Source of the DNA: Cyanobacteriota bacterium | Lineage (GTDB): Bacteria > Cyanobacteriota > Cyanobacteriia > Cyanobacteriales > Nostocaceae | DNA length: 64,000 bases | Direction of reading: 5' to 3' | Assembly: GCA_046045965.1 (NCBI GenBank) | Contig: JBJOKS010000010.1 | Location: 32,001-96,000, forward strand | Part shown: positions 41,544-51,574 of the stretch, piece after piece | How positions within the stretch are numbered: the stretch's first letter is position 1 | Layout of the letters: each line of letters starts with the position of its first letter | Notes under the pieces: model-generated | Databases searched by the model: none | The model's input: only the letters and a program-made list of their open reading frames with translations | What the model was told of the DNA's origin: nothing | Made by a program: the position numbers and the translations under genes

Positions 41544-42170
41544 ATGATACAATTTATCCAAGCACAAAATGTAAGTATTGCCTATTTAGAAGAAAGATTT
41601 GGTATACAACGAGTCAATAATGAAAAATTCTTTACTGAATGGTGGGGAAACTTGCCAGAAATTACAGATTTAGAAAAGCAATATCTAGACAGAATCAGGG
41701 AGCATTTCCTCAGATTGATTAAGCGTCCACCAATCTTAGAAAATGCTGTAAAAATGGTAGTGTTATCTCCTCTACTAGATTTAGCAGGATTTTATGAAGA
41801 CCCATTTTTATTTGCTACTGAAGAATCTATAGAACTAGCTATAGAAGATGAAGGAGAAATTATTAGAGGTAGAATTGATGCGTTAGTAATTCAAGAACAA
41901 TTTTGGTTACTGATAATTGAATCTAAAAGAGCTAGTTTTTCCTTGTTAGAAGCCATACCTCAAGCACTTACTTATATGCTTGCTAGTCCTCATCCAGAAA
42001 AGCCCATATTTGGATGTGTTACAAGTGGAGAAGATTTTCAATTTATCAAACTCATCAAGCAAGACACACCTACTTATGATTTGTCTGATAAATTTACTTT
42101 ATCTAAACGGGAAAACGAACTATATCAAGTTCTGAAAATCCTCAAAAAAATAGGTCAAATATTGAGTTAA
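41544..42170 (+). CDS. Type I restriction HsdR N-terminal-like PD-(D/E)xK protein
   Basis: 'VVLSPLLDLAGFY', 'GRIDALV..IIESK', 'PQALTYML'. Confidence 0.75.
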   Translation: MIQFIQAQNVSIAYLEERFGIQRVNNEKFFTEWWGNLPEITDLEKQYLDRIREHFLRLIKRPPILENAVKMVVLSPLLDLAGFYEDPFLFATEESIELAIEDEGEIIRGRIDALVIQEQFWLLIIESKRASFSLLEAIPQALTYMLASPHPEKPIFGCVTSGEDFQFIKLIKQDTPTYDLSDKFTLSKRENELYQVLKILKKIGQILS

Positions 42171-42185
42171 TTGTTGAGTTAAATT

Positions 42186-43355
42186 ATGTCTAATCGTCCC
42201 ATCTACCTCGATTGTCACGCTACCACACCCATAGATGAACGGGTACTAAATGCCATGATTCCTTACTTTACCGAAAAGTTTGGTAATGCAGCTAGTATAA
42301 GTCATGTTTACGGTTGGGAATCAGAAGCAGCAGTTAAACAAACCAGGGAAATTTTAGCAACTTCTATTAACGCTAACCCGGAAGAAATTGTCTTTACCAG
42401 TGGTGCAACAGAAGCTAATAATTTAGCCATCAAAGGTGTAGCAGAAGCGTATTTTTCCAAAGGTCAACATATTGTTACAGTCGCCACCGAACACAAAGCA
42501 GTTTTAGACCCTTGTGAATATTTAAAAAGCATGGGTTTTGAAATTACCATTCTCCCAGTGCAAAAAGATGGATTAATTGATTTAGGACAATTAGAAAATT
42601 CTTTGCGTCATGATACAATTTTAGTATCAATCATGGCTGCCAATAATGAAATTGGTGTTTTACAACCATTAGCAGAAATCGGTCAAATTTGCCGGAAAAA
42701 AGAAATTATCTTGCATACAGATGCGGCTCAATCTATTGGTAAAATACCCTTAGATGTGCAAGCATTAAACATTGATTTAATGTCTTTAACTGCCCATAAA
42801 GTATACGGTCCCAAAGGTATTGGTGCTTTATATGTTCGCAGACGTAATCCCAAAGTGAAACTTGCTGCACAACAGCATGGTGGTGGTCATGAAAGAGGTA
42901 TGCGTTCAGGGACTTTATATACACCGCAAATAGTTGGTTTTGGTAAAGCGGTGGAAATTGCTTTAACAGAACAAGAAACAGAAAATCAACGGTTAATAGA
43001 ACTGAGAGAAAGACTGTGGAAACAGTTATCAAATTTGGAGGGAATTTATATTAATGGACATCCCCAAAAACGATTAGCAGGAAACTTAAATATTAGTGTG
43101 GAAGGTGTGGATGGTGCTGCACTTTCTTTAGGTTTACAACCAATAGTAGCAGTATCTTCTGGTTCTGCTTGTTCTTCCAATAATGTTGCACCTTCCTATG
43201 TACTTACAGCTTTAGGACATCCTGAAAAATTAGCTTATGCTTCTGTACGGTTTGGAATTGGGAGATTTAATACTATTGAAGAAATAGACCAAGTTGCAGA
43301 ACATTTCATTACTACTGTAAAAAGTTTAAGAAAATTATCAGTAGTCAGTTGTTAG
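42186..43355 (+). CDS. iscS: Cysteine desulfurase (IscS/NifS family)
   Basis: 'YLDCHATTP', 'FTSGATEANN', 'HTDAAQ', 'TAHKVYGPKG', 'RSGT', 'SSGSAC'. Confidence 0.93.
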   Translation: MSNRPIYLDCHATTPIDERVLNAMIPYFTEKFGNAASISHVYGWESEAAVKQTREILATSINANPEEIVFTSGATEANNLAIKGVAEAYFSKGQHIVTVATEHKAVLDPCEYLKSMGFEITILPVQKDGLIDLGQLENSLRHDTILVSIMAANNEIGVLQPLAEIGQICRKKEIILHTDAAQSIGKIPLDVQALNIDLMSLTAHKVYGPKGIGALYVRRRNPKVKLAAQQHGGGHERGMRSGTLYTPQIVGFGKAVEIALTEQETENQRLIELRERLWKQLSNLEGIYINGHPQKRLAGNLNISVEGVDGAALSLGLQPIVAVSSGSACSSNNVAPSYVLTALGHPEKLAYASVRFGIGRFNTIEEIDQVAEHFITTVKSLRKLSVVSC

Positions 43356-43411
43356 TAAATCTATAAACCCTACCCTTTACCTTATTTACCCCTTTCCCAG
43401 TCTCCAACTAC

Positions 43412-43518
43412 CTCGTTCCCAGTCTCCGACTGGGAATGCTTTTATAGAGTCTCTGACTCCACTTTTAAAGAAGTCAGAGTCTTCCAGAATTCATTCCGAT
43501 ACAGAGTATAGGAACGAG
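43412..43518. repeat. MITE-like dispersed repeat, 107 bp, TIR CTCGTTCC/GGAACGAG
   Basis: Terminal inverted repeat, internal hairpins, second copy at 1-97. Confidence 0.8.
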
Positions 43519-43551
43519 AAATTCAAAATCTAAAATCTCAAATCCCATGAC

Positions 43552-44727
43552 TCAATAAGGATCAGAATCAAATCTTCCCCGCTTCACACTTCTGAGATAA
43601 TAACCTTTGGACGGGATTTTATTTAAATCAAATGTTTCACCTCTAGGAACTCGCCAAATTTTATAGTCATAATACGTGAGAGGTTTACCAGGTTCACAAA
43701 CTTCTGGAGGATGATCTCCCACTACAAAATAAGCAGCACCCCTCCCCATCACCTTAGCAATACCGTTTTTATCCACAAGTAAAGATGTTTCTTCACTAAT
43801 AGCTATTCCTAACGCTGTTGCAGATACACCATCTTGAATTTGACGCGCAATAAAAACCATAATTCTCCCCATTCTTTTGCGTTCATCAAAATGGGTATCA
43901 ATAATCGTTCTTCGCAAATACTTCCACTGGAAAAAGTTATAGGTAAAGGTAATATTTCGATATGGGTCATCAAGTGCTTCTTTAGTTTCAATACTATCTT
44001 CACAAGCGCAAGAATCATAAACATATTCACTTTGAATCATTGCACCTGCACTTGTACCACCAATAGCCCCACCTTTATCATAAACTGATTTGATGGCAGC
44101 TTCTAACTTCGTGTTTTTCCAGTTGCGAATATATTCACATTGATCACCACCTGCAAAGAAAATGACACCCGCATTTCTGACTTTATCAAAAATCTCCGTT
44201 CTGTTCGCTTCCTGTCTGTTTCTGATGATCAACGTTTCTACATAATTCACCCCTTTCATATTATAAATTAGCTGATTATAATCATCGTTACCAGCAGCAC
44301 GAATGACAACAACATTAACTTTTCTGTCAGAGTTAGCACCTCCCCTAACTTGATTAATCATCCATTGAATTGCATCATCAACATCAGGACCACCCCCACC
44401 CAAATTATGTACAGGTCCAGCTAAGATGGGTATTTTATAATTGGGTTTCGGTAAGGTCGGACTAACATCGCTGTTGATTTTCTCAAAGTAGCGGTTTCGG
44501 TTTGCTGTAAAGTGGGATATGAGGAAGGTTCCCATCTTCAACAACATAGTTTTTGCTTTTCTCAAGCACTTGGCTATATTTGGGAATGCCTTGGTCATAC
44601 TCAGAAATGTGAAGCAAACAGCTATCATTGCTAACTCTCGCATTCCCAAGGGGTAAATTCCCAGCGTACAGCCTTTGTACTGTTTGTTAACGCCAAAAAA
44701 CGCAGAGTAATTAATTATTCTCTTCAC
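43552..44727 (-). CDS. Cyanophycinase-like peptidase (S51 family); true start probably downstream (e.g. 44598)
   Basis: 'FFAGGDQ', nucleophile 'GGTSAGA', 'IIDTHF.ER.RMGR', 'GIAISEET'. Confidence 0.85.
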   Translation of the reverse strand: MKRIINYSAFFGVNKQYKGCTLGIYPLGMRELAMIAVCFTFLSMTKAFPNIAKCLRKAKTMLLKMGTFLISHFTANRNRYFEKINSDVSPTLPKPNYKIPILAGPVHNLGGGGPDVDDAIQWMINQVRGGANSDRKVNVVVIRAAGNDDYNQLIYNMKGVNYVETLIIRNRQEANRTEIFDKVRNAGVIFFAGGDQCEYIRNWKNTKLEAAIKSVYDKGGAIGGTSAGAMIQSEYVYDSCACEDSIETKEALDDPYRNITFTYNFFQWKYLRRTIIDTHFDERKRMGRIMVFIARQIQDGVSATALGIAISEETSLLVDKNGIAKVMGRGAAYFVVGDHPPEVCEPGKPLTYYDYKIWRVPRGETFDLNKIPSKGYYLRSVKRGRFDSDPY

Positions 44728-44763
44728 TACTCTGCGAAAACCTCAGTTTTACTTGGTGTTGAA

Positions 44764-45951
44764 TTACCAATCAATTTGCGATCGCTCTTTTACCACTCTC
44801 TCATATACCGCTTCTGTTTTTTGCGCTAATTTTGTCCACCGAAACCGCCGTTCTAAATCTTGATATGCGTTATCTATCAACCATTGTCGATAACCGGGAT
44901 TTTTCAAAACTTCTAAAATTCCCCATGCTAAAGAATCAGAATTATTTACTTTAGTCACAATTCCTGTTTTCGTATGTTGTACTACTTCAGGAAAACCACA
45001 AGTATCTGAAACCACAACAGGAACTTTAGAAGCAAAACTTTCTAAAGCCACAATACCAAAAGGTTCATAAAGACTAGGAAAAACTGCACAGTCAGCCAGG
45101 GTTTGAAATTTATCCAGGTATTCATCAGATAGAAAACCAGTAAAATAGCATTTATTCCAAATTCCTAAATCCCAAGCTTGCTGTTTCAGATGGTCAGTAT
45201 TACCACCACCAATTATTACAAATTTAACGTAACCTCCCATTTCCCAAAGCACCTTGGGAGCAGCATTCAGCAATACAGGTACACCTTTTTCATACGTCAT
45301 CCTTCCCAAGTAATAAACAATTTTTTCATGATCTGCGGCAAATTGGCGACGAAAATCCTCCGCATGAAAATCTCGGTGATGCTGCTTTTTTTCTGGACGA
45401 ATACCGTTAAAAATCACGTCGATTTTATCATCAGGACTATGTAAAGTTGTCGCTACTTCTGAGCGCATATATTCAGTACAAACAATGATGCGCCAAGCGT
45501 TATAAGCTAGTAACTTTTCTTTGCCATAAATGTAGTTTTGGGTGTCATTGTGAATACCGTTATAGCGCCCGTGTTCTGTGGCATGAATGGTAGCAATTAG
45601 GGGGATTTTAAAAGTATGCTTGAGAGCGATCGCTGCATCACCAACTAACCAATCATGTGCATGAATAATATCAAAGGGTCCCTCCTCCAAAATCAACTTC
45701 CCACCGTGATCTCCCATACTCTCATTTAAATTCACTACCCAATGAAAAAAATCATGACTATGGGCTACTGGTACTCGATGAACATGAATACCTTCAACTA
45801 CTTCATACAATGATGCTTGTTTTACTTCTGGTGTAATTAAATGGATATCATGTCCTAATTTGACAAGTTCAGGGTATAATTCTGCTACATGACGGGCAAT
45901 TCCTCCTACTATTCTCGGTGGAAATTCCCAACTTAGTACCAGTATCTTCAT
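44764..45951 (-). CDS. Glycosyltransferase family 4
   Basis: 'WEFPPRIVGG', 'HAHDW', 'GRMTYEKG', 'PSLYEPFGIVALE'. Confidence 0.92.
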   Translation of the reverse strand: MKILVLSWEFPPRIVGGIARHVAELYPELVKLGHDIHLITPEVKQASLYEVVEGIHVHRVPVAHSHDFFHWVVNLNESMGDHGGKLILEEGPFDIIHAHDWLVGDAAIALKHTFKIPLIATIHATEHGRYNGIHNDTQNYIYGKEKLLAYNAWRIIVCTEYMRSEVATTLHSPDDKIDVIFNGIRPEKKQHHRDFHAEDFRRQFAADHEKIVYYLGRMTYEKGVPVLLNAAPKVLWEMGGYVKFVIIGGGNTDHLKQQAWDLGIWNKCYFTGFLSDEYLDKFQTLADCAVFPSLYEPFGIVALESFASKVPVVVSDTCGFPEVVQHTKTGIVTKVNNSDSLAWGILEVLKNPGYRQWLIDNAYQDLERRFRWTKLAQKTEAVYERVVKERSQIDW

Positions 45952-46327
45952 TGATTCGACTCCCCGATGATTTACAAAAATTTAAAAAACTAGAAAAAAC
46001 TACATTTATCTCAAAATACGAAGTGTGACAATTACTGCGAGTATTCCTAGTAAAATTTTTATTTTTTTTAATAACTACTTTTTTGATAAAGCTTATCATA
46101 TTGATTTGCAATTTATGCCACATAAAAAACCCGATTTCATCAAAAAACCAGGTTGATCAAGCTTTTAAATTTGCAAACATCTAGGGAACAGGGAACAGGG
46201 AACAGGGAACAGAAAAGAGGAAAGGGAGGAGGGAACAGGGAACAGGGAACAGTGAATATTTATCTTTCTTCTACCTCCTGCCTTCTACCTCCTGCCTCCT
46301 GCCTTCTGCCTCCTGTCACCTTCCACA

Positions 46328-48139
46328 CTAATTTTGATCTAACCGCAACACAGCCATAAAAGCTTCCTGTGGTACATCCACCGTACCTACAGCTTTCATC
46401 CGCTTTTTACCCTTGGCTTGCTTCTGCAAAAGTTTCTTCTTCCGGCTGATGTCCCCACCGTAGCACTTAGCAAGTACATCTTTCCGCATAGCCGGGATAT
46501 GTTCACTGGCAATAACTTTACTACCAATAGCTGCCTGAATGGGAACTTTAAATTGATGACGTGGTATAAGTTCTTTGAGCTTTTCAGCCATTGCTCTGCC
46601 AACATTGTAGGCTTTATCTCTATGCACAATCATCGCTAAAGAATCTACCGGATCACCATTAATCATGATATCCAACTTCACCAAATGATTCTCACGGTAG
46701 CCAATCATATGATATTCCATACTGGCATAACCACGCGATCGCGATTTCATTTGGTCAAAAAAGTCTGTCACAACTTCTGCCAAAGGTAACTCATAAGTCA
46801 GTGTCGTCCGTCCTTGGGTGAGATATTTCATATCTTTGAAAATACCCCGGCGGTTTTGTGACAACTCCATCAAAGTACCAACATAGGTTTCTGGAGTAAT
46901 CATTTCTACTTTGACATAGGGTTCCTCTATTCTTTCTCGTTCATTGGGAGCAGGTAAGCGGCTAGGATTATCAATGTACACCTCCTCACCCTTAACGGTG
47001 ATCACCTTATAAACCACAGATGGGGCTGTGATAATTAAATCTAGGTTATACTCACGCTCCAAGCGTTCTTGGACAATTTCCATGTGCAGCAAACCCAAGA
47101 ACCCGCACCGGAAACCAAAACCCATCGCGCTAGAAGTTTCCGGTTCGTAATGCAGAGCTGCATCATTGAGTTCGAGTTTTTCTAAAGCTTCCCGCAAATC
47201 TTCAAATTGATCCGCATCAATGGGGAACATCCCACAAAAAACCATTGGGTTGGCTTCTGTGTAACCCGGTAAAGCTTCTGTAGCTTTGGCTTTAGCTAAA
47301 GTGATAGTGTCTCCTACCCGTGCGTCAGCTACAGCCCTAATAGATGCGGCTAAATAGCCCACTTCCCCAGCGTGTAGTTCTTCAACTTGCTTTTGGTTGG
47401 GAGAAAGAACCCCTAACTCGTCAATATCATATTCTTTACCAGATGCCATCAAATGGATGCGATCGCCCTTCCTCACACTACCATCCATCACCCGAAAGTA
47501 AACAATTACGCCCCGGTAACTATCATAGTAACTATCAAAAATCAATGCCCGTAAACTTTCATTGACTGTGTTAGCAGCTGGGGGTACTCGCTCAACAATT
47601 GCTTCTAAAATTTCAGGAACACCAATTCCCTCTTTAGCAGAAGCTAAAATTGCCCCACTACAATCTAAACCAATAATTTCTTCAATTTCACCAATTACCC
47701 TGTCAGGTTCTGCTCCTGGCAAGTCGATTTTATTCAAAACTGGGATAATTTCGAGATTATGCTCCAGCGCCAAATAGACATTGGCCAAAGTTTGTGCTTC
47801 TACACCTTGGGAAGCATCCACTACCAACAAAGCACCTTCACAAGCAGCTAGAGAACGCGACACTTCATAGGAAAAGTCCACGTGTCCAGGAGTATCAATG
47901 AGGTTAAGAACGTACTGCTGACCATCCTTGGCAGTATAGTTCATCCGGGCAGCTTGCAGCTTAATTGTAATGCCGCGCTCCCGTTCCAGATCCATATTAT
48001 CGAGAAACTGCTCCTTCATCTGTCGATTTTCTACAGTCCCAGTGGTTTGTAGGAGCCGATCAGCGAGAGTAGATTTCCCGTGGTCAATGTGAGCAATAAT
48101 ACAAAAGTTGCGAATGCGAACTGCGGGAACGTCAGTCAT
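46328..48139 (-). CDS. lepA: Translation elongation factor 4
   Basis: '[17 protein letters not shown]', 'DTPGHVDF', '[14 protein letters not shown]'. Confidence 0.99.
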   Translation of the reverse strand: MTDVPAVRIRNFCIIAHIDHGKSTLADRLLQTTGTVENRQMKEQFLDNMDLERERGITIKLQAARMNYTAKDGQQYVLNLIDTPGHVDFSYEVSRSLAACEGALLVVDASQGVEAQTLANVYLALEHNLEIIPVLNKIDLPGAEPDRVIGEIEEIIGLDCSGAILASAKEGIGVPEILEAIVERVPPAANTVNESLRALIFDSYYDSYRGVIVYFRVMDGSVRKGDRIHLMASGKEYDIDELGVLSPNQKQVEELHAGEVGYLAASIRAVADARVGDTITLAKAKATEALPGYTEANPMVFCGMFPIDADQFEDLREALEKLELNDAALHYEPETSSAMGFGFRCGFLGLLHMEIVQERLEREYNLDLIITAPSVVYKVITVKGEEVYIDNPSRLPAPNERERIEEPYVKVEMITPETYVGTLMELSQNRRGIFKDMKYLTQGRTTLTYELPLAEVVTDFFDQMKSRSRGYASMEYHMIGYRENHLVKLDIMINGDPVDSLAMIVHRDKAYNVGRAMAEKLKELIPRHQFKVPIQAAIGSKVIASEHIPAMRKDVLAKCYGGDISRKKKLLQKQAKGKKRMKAVGTVDVPQEAFMAVLRLDQN

Positions 48140-48478
48140 ATACTATCTTTGCTTAAAGCAAACCAAAAGTTAAATCTATTTACTTCATGTATTTTAATGC
48201 TTTATTGGGTAATGGGAACAGGGAACAGGGAACAGGAGGCAGGAGGCAGAAGGCAGGAGGCAGGAGGCAGGAGGCAGAAGGCAGGAAGTCATATATTATT
48301 CTCCCCATCTCCCCATCTCCCCATCTCCCCATCTCCCCATTTCCCCTGCCTCCCCTGCTTCTTCCCCAGTCCCCAGATAGGTGAATTCTTTTTCAGGATA
48401 TGATGACACTGTATATTAAAACTGCCACTTAAAAACTGTCCATCTGAGTTTGGTAATTTTTTGGGAAACTATAAACCT

Positions 48479-48715
48479 ATGAATATGCAAGATAAACCTA
48501 CCGATGCGGAAAAAATACACGCTGACAAGATAGAAATAGCGGTTCGCCTAGACTCTGAGTTAATAGCCCAAATTCAGCACCTGACTAATGACCCCAGTAA
48601 GGTGATAGAAGTCGCTATCCGCCAATGGTTGCGCGGCGATGTGCCGAGAGATGATGAACTAACTCGTACACCAATACGCACACCTATTCCCCCCAGAGGA
48701 GAATGGAATGACTAA
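48479..48715 (+). CDS. Small ribbon-helix-helix-like conserved protein
   Basis: 'IEIAVRLDSELIAQI..DPSKVIEVAIRQWL' beta-alpha-alpha pattern; ends 'PPRGEWND'. Confidence 0.65.
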   Translation: MNMQDKPTDAEKIHADKIEIAVRLDSELIAQIQHLTNDPSKVIEVAIRQWLRGDVPRDDELTRTPIRTPIPPRGEWND

Positions 48716-48794
48716 GATGAGCAGGGGAAGCAGGGGGAGCAGGGGGAGATGGGGAGATGGGGAGATGGGGAGATGGGGAGAATAATATATTACT

Positions 48795-49038
48795 TCCTGC
48801 CTTCTGCCTCCTGCCTTCTGCCTTCTGCCTTCTGCCTTCTGCCTCCTGCCTTCTGCCTCCTGCCTTCTGCCTCCTGCCTTCTGCCTCCTGCCTTCTGCCT
48901 CCTGCCTTCTGCCTCCTGCCTCCTGCCTCCTGCCTCCTGCCTTCTGCTTCCTGCCTTCTGCTTCCTGCCTCCTGCCTCCTGCCTTCTGCTTCCTGCCTCC
49001 TGCCTCCTGCCTCCTGCCTCCTGCCTCCTGCCTCCTGC
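48795..49038. repeat. Long STRR array, about 35 x (CC/TT-variant CTGCCTY heptamer)
   Basis: Continuous CTGCCTC/CTGCCTT/CTGCTTC units over ~244 bp. Confidence 0.95.
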
Positions 49039-49190
49039 TAATGATAAAAAATGTAAACTTTAATGCTCTAGATTCCAGAAAAGTCAAAAATACACAATCG
49101 AAAGTGTGAAAGCTGTAAAACTTTATGCCAAAATTTAAGCAGCTTTAGTACAACCACGGTGGAAAGCAATTTGTCTATCCAACTCGATTA

Positions 49191-50975
49191 ATGACTATTA
49201 CTGCGAATACCCAATTGCCAAATTTATTTTCTCAGAACCTGGAATCTATTAACCGCAGTACAGATGGCTTGTTACCAACTCTCTGCTCTGAGTTGGTATA
49301 TACCCAAGATGGAAACGGTCGCTATTTGACATTTGATTGGCAGTATAGCGAACTCCTGGATTTGGGGACTGAGACAATAGTTGATGCGCTGAATGAAAAA
49401 GAAGCTTTTACTCCGGTAGATAAAGTAGCCTATTTGGAACGTTTACACCGAATTCTCACAACTTTAGTCCCCGAGAGAGTTCAGTGCTGGTTTAAATGCA
49501 GTCAGCATTTATTAGAGTTGGAGTTGACAATTACTCCGATTATGCCGAGATTAGGTCAAGCCGCGACCACAGTTTTGGTGATGGGTCGGTTGTTACCATC
49601 TCAAGTCAATGGCAAAGAAGTGAATGAGGCAGCAAAAAATCCTTCACAACTTGAGTTAGCTTTGCATTCCCGTAGCGTGCCGCAAGTATCGCTACGATAC
49701 CAAAAACTATTAAACAAAATCACCAGAAATATCCGGCGGACTCTAGACTTAGACATTATTTGGCAGCAAACAGTTGACAGTTTAGGAAAAATTCTCACAC
49801 TAGAGCGTTGTATTATCTGTCCTTATCAGCCAGGATTGGCAAAAGTTCAGGTAATTGCAGAATATCACCAACAAGAATTGGAACCACTGCTAGGCTCAGA
49901 AATAGAGATATCCTCTGAACCTGCCTTTGCTCAGGCTTTGGAAACTCTGGAACCGATGGTTATAGAGTTGCCTATCCAAAAAAATCAAGAGCCGCAAAAA
50001 TTATTGTTGGTTGCTACTAGCTATAAAGACCAAGCAAATGGTTTAGTTGCCTTGAGCTTAAGTAATGAATATCAATTATTGTCAGAAACGGAACTAGAAT
50101 TAACTAAAGAGTTAGCAGATCAGTTGGGAACAGCGATCGCTCATGCTACCTTATACAAAGAACTAGAAGACGCACGACAAAAAGCTGAAGAAGCCTCCCG
50201 CCTCAAAAGCGAATTTCTCGCCAACGTATCTCACGAAATTCGTACTCCTCTAAACGGTATGATTGGCTTCTTAAAGCTGATTCTAGAAGGGATGGCAGAT
50301 GATCCCGAAGAACAACATCAATTTGTCACTGAAGCTCATCAATTATCAATCCATCTGCTCAATATACTTAATGACATCTTAGATATTGCCAAAATCGAAG
50401 CTGGTAAAATGGAACTAGACTGCTCACCTGTCAAACTCAATGAGCTATTTAGTGATGTAGAGAACTTTACCCGCGCCCAAGCGGAAATGAGAAACCTCAG
50501 CCTACAGATGCAAATGCCTGTCACCTCCGATGAAATTATCGTCCAAGGTAATTACCAACGGTTGTTACAAGTTATGCTCAATTTGGTTGGCAATGCCATT
50601 AAATTCACCCATGAAGGTGGAGTTACCATCAGCGCCGATTTAGTTCTGAAAAAAAGCAAAGGCAAGTCTAGTAAACCACAAGCACCGGGCATGGTAAAAG
50701 TGCGAGTCGCAGATACTGGTATTGGTGTTTCCTTAGACAAACAAGATAAACTTTTTCAATTATTCTCTCAGGTGGATGGTTCCCGTACTCGTCATTACGG
50801 TGGCACCGGTTTAGGATTAACCATATCCCAAAAACTCATAGAAGCAATGGGTGGTGAGGTCCATTTCTACAGTTTAGGCGAAGGACTTGGTTCAACAGTC
50901 ACCTTCACTGTCCCACTGTATCAACAACCGGTGCTGTGTTCCCCTAGCGAGTGTGAGATAGAATCTCAAAATTGA
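49191..50975 (+). CDS. Sensor histidine kinase (N-terminal PAS-like, GAF, HisKA, HATPase)
   Basis: GAF 'IRRTLDLDII', 'LADQLGTAIAHA'; H-box 'FLANVSHEIRTPLNG'; 'NAIKFT', 'DTGIG', 'GGTGLGL'. Confidence 0.93.
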   Translation: MTITANTQLPNLFSQNLESINRSTDGLLPTLCSELVYTQDGNGRYLTFDWQYSELLDLGTETIVDALNEKEAFTPVDKVAYLERLHRILTTLVPERVQCWFKCSQHLLELELTITPIMPRLGQAATTVLVMGRLLPSQVNGKEVNEAAKNPSQLELALHSRSVPQVSLRYQKLLNKITRNIRRTLDLDIIWQQTVDSLGKILTLERCIICPYQPGLAKVQVIAEYHQQELEPLLGSEIEISSEPAFAQALETLEPMVIELPIQKNQEPQKLLLVATSYKDQANGLVALSLSNEYQLLSETELELTKELADQLGTAIAHATLYKELEDARQKAEEASRLKSEFLANVSHEIRTPLNGMIGFLKLILEGMADDPEEQHQFVTEAHQLSIHLLNILNDILDIAKIEAGKMELDCSPVKLNELFSDVENFTRAQAEMRNLSLQMQMPVTSDEIIVQGNYQRLLQVMLNLVGNAIKFTHEGGVTISADLVLKKSKGKSSKPQAPGMVKVRVADTGIGVSLDKQDKLFQLFSQVDGSRTRHYGGTGLGLTISQKLIEAMGGEVHFYSLGEGLGSTVTFTVPLYQQPVLCSPSECEIESQN

Positions 50976-51161
50976 TTAAAAGGGAATAGGGAATAGGGAA
51001 TAGGGAACAGGGAACAGTTAAAGAATTTTCTCCCCATCTCCCCATCTCCCCATCTCCCCTGCCTCCCCTATCCTCCCTGCTTCCTGTTATATTTTGGGAA
51101 ATGGGTAAGCATCCTCAATTCCCATTTTCAAAGCCATCCTTAACTAAGCAGGTCTAAAACT

Positions 51162-51401
51162 ATGGCAACTATGGAACTGACAACTGAAAACGTTGAAACT
51201 GTATTAGATGAAATGCGCCCTTATCTAATGTCTGATGGGGGTAATGTGGAACTTGTAGAACTTGATGGACCTATTGTGAAATTGCGTTTACAAGGTGCTT
51301 GTGGTTCTTGTCCCAGTTCACAAATGACTTTGAGAATGGGTATTGAACGCCGTCTCAAGGAAATGATCCCCGAAATTGCTGAAATTGAACAAGTAGTTTA
51401 G
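51162..51401 (+). CDS. nfuA: NifU-like Fe-S scaffold (Nfu)
   Basis: '[13 protein letters not shown]', '[11 protein letters not shown]'. Confidence 0.9.
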   Translation: MATMELTTENVETVLDEMRPYLMSDGGNVELVELDGPIVKLRLQGACGSCPSSQMTLRMGIERRLKEMIPEIAEIEQVV

Positions 51402-51574
51402 GGACCTGGGGACTGGGGACTGGGAACTGGGGACTGGGAACTGGGGACTGGGGACTAGGGACTGGGGAAGTATTTTTCCCAACCACCAATTACCCATTAC
51501 CAATTACCCATTACCAATTACTATCATTCATAATTCAAGATTATTAGCAAATCCCGAATAACTTATCACTCCTC

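Noticed and set aside
41544..42170. Type I restriction-modification system
   Set aside because: Only a 208-aa HsdR-N-like domain; no helicase, hsdM or hsdS nearby.
48479..48715. Toxin-antitoxin module around the RHH-like gene
   Set aside because: No toxin-like ORF is adjacent; the downstream DNA is an STRR array.
48659..49087. ORFs 48659-49087(-), 48749-49063(+) and 48757-49041(+) with RRQEAGG/LLPPASC repeats
   Set aside because: They are translations of a stop-free heptamer STRR array. The same applies to 48080-48403, 48187-48384, 46153-46359, 24431-24619, 51318-51503, 12369-12608 and 55627-55845.
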